Part shown: one piece after another, positions 17,079 through 23,889 of the stretch
Position numbering within the stretch: the first letter of the stretch is position 1
Layout of the letters: the number at the start of each line of letters is the position of its first letter
Assembly: GCA_035445045.1 (NCBI GenBank)
Contig: DAOMPZ010000023.1
Coordinates: forward strand, 1 to 23,889
From: Crocinitomicaceae bacterium
GTDB lineage: Bacteria > Bacteroidota > Bacteroidia > Flavobacteriales_D > Crocinitomicaceae
DNA: 23,889 bases
Direction of reading: 5' to 3'
Position numbers and translations under genes: made by a program
The notes under the pieces: generated by a model
Databases searched by the model: none
What the model was told of the DNA's origin: nothing
The model's input: the letters and a program-made list of their open reading frames with translations, nothing else

Positions 17079-20000
17079 ATGATTAGACGATTACATTTAA
17101 TTGTTTTAAGTATCTTTTTATCAGCCACATATTCCTTTGCACAAGGAGGTTTGGGGAATATTAAAGGATACGTGAAGAATGCAGAAGGGAAGCCAGTCGA
17201 TTTTGCAAAAGTAATGATTAAGCAAGGGTCATCAACCAAAGCGGTAGATATGACGGACGACGAAGGTATGTTCCAAATCATGTCAATAGAGCCAGGTGAC
17301 TATGACATTGTTGTAGAATCGGAGGAGTATCCTACTTTTACTTTGGAGAAATTCAAAGTGAGAGGAGACCAAACGAATGAAGCCAACATTAAACTTGGAA
17401 GTGCCGAGGAATTAGGCGTGGTTAGAGTTAGAGCTGAAACGAAGCTTATCGACCCGCACAGTGCTAACAAAGGTATTCTCGGTCGTGAGGATATTGGTAA
17501 CTTAGCTCCTCGTAGCCCAGCAGAGTTGGTTAAAACTCAAGCAGGTGTTCTTGAAAGTGAAGGTACAGGCGAAATCAGTATTCGTGGTTCACGTCCAGAA
17601 GATAACTATTTCTATATAGATGGTATCAAAGTGCGTGGTTCAAGTAACATTCCAAAAGGTGCGATTGAGGAAATCTCGGTGTTCGTTTCGGGTTTACCTG
17701 CATCGTACGGTGACGTTACGGGTGGTGTAATCTCGGTTACAACACGTGGACCGCAAGGGCAATTCTTCGGAAGTGTTGAGGGCGTTACGTCGGGTTTCTA
17801 CTTTAAAGGAAAAGACAAATTCGGTTATGACGGTAAAGTGTTCGGTTTGGATAAATACGGTTATAACTTAATTGAAGGCTTATTTGCAGGACCACTTTGG
17901 ATGCAAAAAGATTCTTTAGGAAATAAAACAAAACCACGTTTAGGTTTCTTAGTGACTGCTATGTACAACGATATGTTAGACGGCAGACCAATGGGAAATG
18001 GTGGTAACTACCGTGTTAAAAAAGAAGTACGTGACGAATTGTTGGCAAATCCACTTCGTTCCGATGCGTCGGGAACAGGTTCCTATCCAAATGCAGAATT
18101 CTTGAGAGAAAGTGATTTTGAACGTGTGAAATGGAGAATGAATGCGCGCAGAAGAGTAATTTCGGGAACAGCTAAATTAGACGTTGCCACAGGGCCACGC
18201 ACAAACTTATCTTTTGGTGGTTCGATGAACTACAATGGCGGTTCGTTATATGGTTATTCAAATCGAGAGCTTTGGGGTAATAGCTATACAAATTCATTGT
18301 TTAACTTCAACAATTTTGCGATTGAAAATAGATTAGATTGGCGTGTTTACGGACGTTTTACACAGCGTTTCATTAACAATGACGCAAAAGCAAAAATTAG
18401 AAGTTTCGTTTATACTTTAATGGTCGATTATTCACAATCTTCTATTGAAAGATACGACCCGAAACACAAATTTAATTTCTTTAATTACGGTCACGTAGGT
18501 ACGTTTATTATCGACAGAGAAAATTCGTATGAAATTAATTTTGCAAATCAATCGGCTGTTCACAATGGATTTAGAGATAAAGAAGTTTATTACACACCGT
18601 CACGTATTAATCCCGATTTAGCTGCTTACACAAGTCAATATTATAATATCTATGATGGAATGGCTACGGGACACTATGAGAATTTAACACAAATTCAATT
18701 AGGAAACGGTTTGATTAACGGTGATGTTCCGAGAGCAGTTTATAATACATGGAACAACATTGGTGCACCTTTCAATGGTTTTGCACAAACAAACAACCAA
18801 CAAATTCGTCTTTCAGGTTCGGGAACAGTAACGGCAGGAAAACACTCTATTACGTTAGGTTTCGAGTTTGAACAACGTTTTGACCGTGGATTTACAAACG
18901 GTTACGACCAAGCAGGAAGTAGTAATGGACCTGTTGGCTTGTGGACAATTGCACGTCAGTTGGCAAACTTCCACATTCGTGAGTTAGATTTGGACAACCC
19001 AATGATTTCTATTGAAAACGGACTTCAAATTATTAACTACAACCGTTTAAATTCAAGTTATGCTTATGCAAATAACGGTGTTTATGGAGGTCAAAAAACA
19101 GGTGATGAGCAATCATTCTTCGATTACAACTTGCGTAAAAAATTAGGTATGTCGGGTGGAAGTAGCACATTTGTTGATGTGGACGCTTACGACCCGAATA
19201 TGTATTCATTAGATATGTTCTCTGCTGATGAATTATTAAATTCAGGTTCATCATTCGTTTCTTATTGGGGATATGATCATACAGGAAAACGTGTGAAAGG
19301 AACAACAGACATCAACAAATATTTCAATGAATATGATGCGAATGGTAACTACAGACGTTTTGTAGGTGCGTTCCAACCAATTTATGCATCGGTTTTCGCC
19401 ATGGATAAATTTGAGTTCAAAAACATGATTTTCAACATCGGTGTACGTGCTGACATCTTTGACGCCAACCAACCCGTATTGAAAGACCCTTATTTATTAT
19501 ATAATGCTTACACAGTAGGAGAGGCTAAAAAAATAGCAGAAGACATGGGGCTTACATGGGCAAAAGATATGCCTTCAAGCATCGGTGACGACTATACTAT
19601 TTATGTAAATGACGTAAATAATCCTACAGCAATCAATGGATATAGAAGTGGTGATACTTGGTTCAACAAAGACGGAGACGTTGTAGATGATCCAAAATTA
19701 ATTAGAGGTTCGGCTGGTATTGCTCCGTGGTTGAAAGACCCGAACAATCAAGTGGTGAATGCAGATGCGTTTACAAAATACAAACCACAAATTAACATCA
19801 TGCCACGTATCTCATTTGCTTTCCCTATTTCAGAAAAAGCATTGTTTAGTGCGCATTACGACATCTTGACAAAACGTCCAACGTATGGTCTTCGTTTTGA
19901 CCCGTATGAATATCAATTCTTGAAAAACCGTTCGGCGATTGTAAACAATCCAAACTTACGACCAGAACAAACAATCGACTACGAAATTGGTTTCCAACAA

Positions 20001-20867
20001 GCGATTGGTACAAAATCATCAATTAAAATTTCAGCTTACTACCGTGAGCAAAGAAATGTAGTACAGATGATTAACGTACAAGAGGCATACCCAAGAACAT
20101 ACAGAACGTATGGAAACAGAGATTTCGGTACAGTAAAAGGTATTATCTTGTCGTATGATTTAAGAAGAACTGGAAACATTCGTTTGACAGCGAACTATAC
20201 GTTACAATTTGCAGAAGGTACAGGTTCAAATGCTAACTCTGCTTCTGGTTTGATTAATGCAGGTCAACCAAACTTACGTAACATCTTCCCGTATGATTAC
20301 GACAGAAGACACGCATTTGCAATTACGTTTGACTACCGTTACGGAAGAGGTGCAGATTACAACGGACCAAGCATCAAAGATGTGAAGTTGTTTGAAAACA
20401 TGGGATTGAATATTATGACAAATATTTATTCAGGTTCGCCATACTCTGCACAAACGATAATTACAGATGAAGGTCACTTCTCTCCACAGTCGGCAGGTTT
20501 GTCAGGAACAACAAACGGTTCTCGTTTACCATGGACATACAGATTAGATTTACAAATCGACAGAACGATTCCAATTTTAATGGGTAAAAAACCTTCAGAA
20601 GGTGAAAAAGACAATAGAAAAAAGACACATTTACAAGTTTATTTAAGAATTACAAACCTTTTGAACCAAATGAACGTTATTAATGTGTATCGTGCTACAG
20701 GTAACTGGAATGACGACGGATATTTAGAGGCTGCACAATATCAGTTAGCAATTCAGTCACAATTAGACGAGGCTTCGTATAGAGATTTCTATACTATGAA
20801 GATACAAAATGCGTCTAATATCAGTATGCCGAGACAAATTCGTTTAGGAGTTAAATTTGATTTTTAA
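17079..20867 (+). CDS. Large outer-membrane beta-barrel of the CarboxypepD_reg + Plug + TonB-dependent-receptor type (Oar-like, not SusC-like)
   Basis: There is a signal peptide (..SATYSFAQ). An N-terminal carboxypeptidase-regulatory-like domain follows (GNIKGYVKNAEGKPVDFAKVMIKQGS...PGDYDIVVES). Plug motifs are present (ISIRGSRPEDNYFYIDGIKVRG and IEEISVFVSGLPASYGDVTGGVISVTTRGP). A long barrel ends in the aromatic terminus RLGVKFDF. Length is 1262 aa. Confidence 0.8.
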   Translation: MIRRLHLIVLSIFLSATYSFAQGGLGNIKGYVKNAEGKPVDFAKVMIKQGSSTKAVDMTDDEGMFQIMSIEPGDYDIVVESEEYPTFTLEKFKVRGDQTNEANIKLGSAEELGVVRVRAETKLIDPHSANKGILGREDIGNLAPRSPAELVKTQAGVLESEGTGEISIRGSRPEDNYFYIDGIKVRGSSNIPKGAIEEISVFVSGLPASYGDVTGGVISVTTRGPQGQFFGSVEGVTSGFYFKGKDKFGYDGKVFGLDKYGYNLIEGLFAGPLWMQKDSLGNKTKPRLGFLVTAMYNDMLDGRPMGNGGNYRVKKEVRDELLANPLRSDASGTGSYPNAEFLRESDFERVKWRMNARRRVISGTAKLDVATGPRTNLSFGGSMNYNGGSLYGYSNRELWGNSYTNSLFNFNNFAIENRLDWRVYGRFTQRFINNDAKAKIRSFVYTLMVDYSQSSIERYDPKHKFNFFNYGHVGTFIIDRENSYEINFANQSAVHNGFRDKEVYYTPSRINPDLAAYTSQYYNIYDGMATGHYENLTQIQLGNGLINGDVPRAVYNTWNNIGAPFNGFAQTNNQQIRLSGSGTVTAGKHSITLGFEFEQRFDRGFTNGYDQAGSSNGPVGLWTIARQLANFHIRELDLDNPMISIENGLQIINYNRLNSSYAYANNGVYGGQKTGDEQSFFDYNLRKKLGMSGGSSTFVDVDAYDPNMYSLDMFSADELLNSGSSFVSYWGYDHTGKRVKGTTDINKYFNEYDANGNYRRFVGAFQPIYASVFAMDKFEFKNMIFNIGVRADIFDANQPVLKDPYLLYNAYTVGEAKKIAEDMGLTWAKDMPSSIGDDYTIYVNDVNNPTAINGYRSGDTWFNKDGDVVDDPKLIRGSAGIAPWLKDPNNQVVNADAFTKYKPQINIMPRISFAFPISEKALFSAHYDILTKRPTYGLRFDPYEYQFLKNRSAIVNNPNLRPEQTIDYEIGFQQAIGTKSSIKISAYYREQRNVVQMINVQEAYPRTYRTYGNRDFGTVKGIILSYDLRRTGNIRLTANYTLQFAEGTGSNANSASGLINAGQPNLRNIFPYDYDRRHAFAITFDYRYGRGADYNGPSIKDVKLFENMGLNIMTNIYSGSPYSAQTIITDEGHFSPQSAGLSGTTNGSRLPWTYRLDLQIDRTIPILMGKKPSEGEKDNRKKTHLQVYLRITNLLNQMNVINVYRATGNWNDDGYLEAAQYQLAIQSQLDEASYRDFYTMKIQNASNISMPRQIRLGVKFDF

Positions 20868-20886
20868 TAATGTAACAATCAAGATT

Positions 20887-23800
20887 ATGAGAGTAAAGAT
20901 TAAATATTTATTAATGGTTACAGCGATGACATTCGCTATGCCTTCATTCGCTTACTTTAAAGCTAAAGACAAAAGTGGCGATGACGGAAAAGGAAGTAAC
21001 CAAAATGGCTTTGACGGTAAAGCCAATTGTGCGCCTGCAACGGCAACGTTAAACATGGAATTTAATAACGTTCGTGCGGTATTAAACACGAATGGTGTAT
21101 TATTCCGTGACTTCCGTAACAACGGAAAAGCGGGTTACGAAGTTCCAAAAGTGGACATCGGAATTAAAAGAACAGCGATTTATGCTGCTGCCCTTTGGAT
21201 GGGAGGAACAGATGTTAACAACCAGTTGAAATTAGCAGGAACTACGTTCGGAGAAGGAAATGACTTTTGGGCAGGTCCTTTAACAGTAAACTTAGGGACG
21301 GGAGATTACGACCCACGTTATCCTGTTGGAGATTTAGCACGTAGAGATTTCGGAGAAGCATCAATTATGCCTGAACAATGTGCTAAGTACGATAAGTTTT
21401 TTACGATTACAAAATCGGAAGTTATCCAATTTATTACATGGTGGGAAGTAAATAATGGCGTTGTAGAAGCAGGTTCAGAACCTATTGCAGAACCTTCTGC
21501 CGTAACGATGGACCGAATTTTGAATTGGCCTGCACACGGTGATCCAACATTAGGACAAGATCATTATTTAGCTCCGTTCTATGATAGAGCGGCTGAAAAC
21601 GAGTCAACAGGAAATGGTGTTTATAACCCAATGGAAGACGGTGATTACCCGTGGTATGACGATATTATTGGTAGAGATGATGTTCAGTGTGGTGTTGACC
21701 GTCGTATTACATTGTTTGGTGATGAAACAAATTGGTGGATTTTTAACGACAAAGGAAATATTCATACATCATCAAAAGGCGACCCAATCGGTATGGAAAT
21801 TCGTGCGCAAGCATTCTCCTTCACAACTGCTGATGAAATTAATAACATGACGTTCTACAATTATGAGATGATTAACCGTGGAACACAAACTCTTTACAAT
21901 ACATATTTCGCACAATATGTTGACCCAGACTTAGGGGGAGCAATGGACGACTATGTAGGTTGTGATGTATCAAGAGGTTTGGGATATGCGTACAATGGAG
22001 ATAATTATGATGATGATTTCCAAGGAAACCCTGGTTATGGTGCAAATCCTCCTGCTGTTGGGGTTGACTTCTTTGAAGGCCCTTATCAAGATGCGGACGG
22101 AGAAGATAACTATGGACCATACAACGACTCTGTTACAGGTTTACCTGCTCAAATGGACGTGTTTAAAGCAATTCAAGAAAAAGGTATTGTTTACAAAGGT
22201 TTGGGTATCGGTTATAATGACGGAATTATTGACAACGAGCGTTTTGGTATGAAACGTTTTACATACTATATCAATGGTGGACAAGCAGCGATGTCTGACC
22301 CTTCAACAGCAGCACAGTTTTATAATTATATGAAAGGTAGTTGGAGATATGGAGATGCCATGACATTCGGAGGAACTGGTTTTGGAGGTACGTTACATGC
22401 CGATTATATGTTCCCAGGCGATTCTGACCCATTAAATTGGTCAACAGCTGGAATTGCTCCTTCTTTTGACGGTTGGGCTGAAAATAATACAGACGGAAAC
22501 GGAGGTAGTAACCAACCAGGTGACCGTCGTTTTGTTCAGTCTGCTGGTCCTTTTACATTAAGACCAGGTGCAATCAACAACATTACGGTTGGATTTGTAT
22601 ATGCTCGTTCGATTGAAGGTGATTTGATGGCGTCCGTTAGAGCATTGAAAGTAGCAGACACAAAAGCGCAAGCGTTGTTTGACAACTGTTTTGAGTTATT
22701 AGATCCGCCAAATGCACCGACATTGACAATTCAAGAGTTAGACCAACATTTAGTTTTGATGTTGTCAAATCCTGTAAACTCAAACAATTATCATGAAAAA
22801 TACAAACAAGAAGATAAAATCAACATTGTTGACCCACCAGACGGTTCTGTAATATATGATAAATATTATCGTTTTGAAGGTTATCAAATCTTCCAATTAA
22901 AAGATGCAACGGTTTCTGTTTCTGACATTTATGACACAGATAAAGCTCGTTTAGTAGCACAATGTGACATCAAAAACGACTACAAATCTTTGATTAATCA
23001 TGAATTAAACGAAGAGTTAGGTATTACCATCGGTTCATTGAAAGTGAAAGGTGCAAATGAGGGTATCAAACACTCGTTTAAAGTTACAGAAGATCAATTT
23101 GCACAAGGTGTAAGAACATTGGTAAATCATAAGAAATACTATTATGTGGCGGTGGCTTACGCCGTGAATATGTACAAAGAGTATGACCAAAATGACCCAC
23201 TTAAACTTGATGGTCAAAAAATACCATACATTTCTTCACGTATCAGTCCTGACGGTACGGCAATTGAACCAAGTATTGCTATTCCGCATAACCCTGCACC
23301 TGAGGCAAACGGTTCAAGAACAAATAGCTCGTATGGTGATGTTCCTGAAATTACTGCAATTGATGGTTACGGAAACGGAAGTATGGCATTGCAATTAACA
23401 GAAGCATCATTAAATACGATTTTACAAAATGGATTTATTACAGAGCCTACTTACAAAAAAGGTTTTGGTCCATTGAATGTAAAAATTGTTGACCCATTAA
23501 ATGTTGCAGGAGGTTATTACGAAGTGGTATTTAATAAGTATAGTACAAATCCATCTTATCCGATTTATGTAAACAACCACTTTGGTACAGATACAGCATC
23601 TTGGACAATTTACCGTTACGAATCGAAAGGTGGCGCATTGGTTGACTCGATTAATTCAGAGAGTACAATTGCTGTTGGAAACGAACAGTTAATTCCTGAA
23701 TGGGGTATTTCAGTTGATATTTATCAAGACAAATACTTCTATGACAATGGAAATCCCGATGCAATGCCTACAGAAAAGGAAAGAACAACAAATTTCCTTT

Positions 23801-23889
23801 CAGCAACGATGGATTTTGAAGATTCTACAAAACGTTGGTTGACAGGTGTTTTTGACACGGAAGATTATTTCCCTACCAACTGGATTTTA
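20887..23889 (+). CDS. Very large secreted protein of unknown function (3'-partial, at least 1001 aa). This ORF is absent from the supplied ORF track.
   Basis: ATG at 20887 lies 19 nt after the barrel gene stop. I read all 1001 codons to the window end and found no stop. The frame coincides with the first base of every 60-nt sequence line. The signal peptide is MRVKIKYLLMVTAMTFAMPSFA with no lipobox Cys. Codon usage is like that of neighbouring genes. Every track ORF in this interval is short and out of frame. Confidence 0.85.
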   Translation, partial: MRVKIKYLLMVTAMTFAMPSFAYFKAKDKSGDDGKGSNQNGFDGKANCAPATATLNMEFNNVRAVLNTNGVLFRDFRNNGKAGYEVPKVDIGIKRTAIYAAALWMGGTDVNNQLKLAGTTFGEGNDFWAGPLTVNLGTGDYDPRYPVGDLARRDFGEASIMPEQCAKYDKFFTITKSEVIQFITWWEVNNGVVEAGSEPIAEPSAVTMDRILNWPAHGDPTLGQDHYLAPFYDRAAENESTGNGVYNPMEDGDYPWYDDIIGRDDVQCGVDRRITLFGDETNWWIFNDKGNIHTSSKGDPIGMEIRAQAFSFTTADEINNMTFYNYEMINRGTQTLYNTYFAQYVDPDLGGAMDDYVGCDVSRGLGYAYNGDNYDDDFQGNPGYGANPPAVGVDFFEGPYQDADGEDNYGPYNDSVTGLPAQMDVFKAIQEKGIVYKGLGIGYNDGIIDNERFGMKRFTYYINGGQAAMSDPSTAAQFYNYMKGSWRYGDAMTFGGTGFGGTLHADYMFPGDSDPLNWSTAGIAPSFDGWAENNTDGNGGSNQPGDRRFVQSAGPFTLRPGAINNITVGFVYARSIEGDLMASVRALKVADTKAQALFDNCFELLDPPNAPTLTIQELDQHLVLMLSNPVNSNNYHEKYKQEDKINIVDPPDGSVIYDKYYRFEGYQIFQLKDATVSVSDIYDTDKARLVAQCDIKNDYKSLINHELNEELGITIGSLKVKGANEGIKHSFKVTEDQFAQGVRTLVNHKKYYYVAVAYAVNMYKEYDQNDPLKLDGQKIPYISSRISPDGTAIEPSIAIPHNPAPEANGSRTNSSYGDVPEITAIDGYGNGSMALQLTEASLNTILQNGFITEPTYKKGFGPLNVKIVDPLNVAGGYYEVVFNKYSTNPSYPIYVNNHFGTDTASWTIYRYESKGGALVDSINSESTIAVGNEQLIPEWGISVDIYQDKYFYDNGNPDAMPTEKERTTNFLSATMDFEDSTKRWLTGVFDTEDYFPTNWIL

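Noticed and set aside
21581-23398. Short track ORFs at 21581-21850, 21962-22252 and 23183-23398 (plus strand), and 21872-22120 and 23035-23217 (minus strand)
   Set aside because: They are out of frame with, or antisense to, the continuous 1001-codon ORF starting at 20887. Their sequences are compositionally odd, being rich in His, Met or Leu.
17079-23889. A SusC/SusD polysaccharide-utilisation locus
   Set aside because: The second gene product has no lipoprotein Cys and is more than 1000 aa, whereas SusD is about 500-600 aa. It lacks TPR-like SusD features. The barrel's Plug region is generic rather than SusC/RagA-type. No glycoside hydrolase or regulator genes are adjacent.

Overview
This is a chromosomal window from a low-GC Bacteroidota genome, most likely Flavobacteriia. 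Supporting evidence: a T9SS C-terminal sorting domain, a gldA-like ABC ATPase, TAnnTTTG-type -7 promoter boxes, a bacterial GGGPS/PcrB homologue, and tightly overlapping operons.

Most of the window is conserved housekeeping:
- Plus strand: partial T9SS cargo protein, gldA-like ATPase, tyrS.
- Minus-strand operon: miaB, sensor-less sigma54 activator, LptE-like lipoprotein, acidic-repeat protein, secG.
- Plus strand: PfkB kinase, DUF349 protein, membrane protein.
- Minus-strand operon: PPTase, GGGPS-like protein, menA, menC, then a TonB_C-only protein.

No rRNA, tRNA, CRISPR, transposase or integrase was seen.

The most interesting part is the 3' third of the window. A 1262-aa CarboxypepD_reg + Plug + beta-barrel (Oar-like TonB-dependent-receptor-type) gene is followed after 19 nt by a very large ORF. 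That ORF (20887 to the window end, 1001 stop-free codons, signal peptide) is missing from the supplied ORF track. I cannot assign it to any named family. Together the two genes look like an uncharacterised outer-membrane barrel / giant secreted protein module.

Other points:
- A four-copy double-hairpin intergenic repeat family with a compensatory stem change.
- One gene interrupted by a single in-frame TGA.
- A DUF349 gene split by a 1-nt shift in an A-run.
- Nested inverted repeats in the miaB / sigma54-activator spacer.
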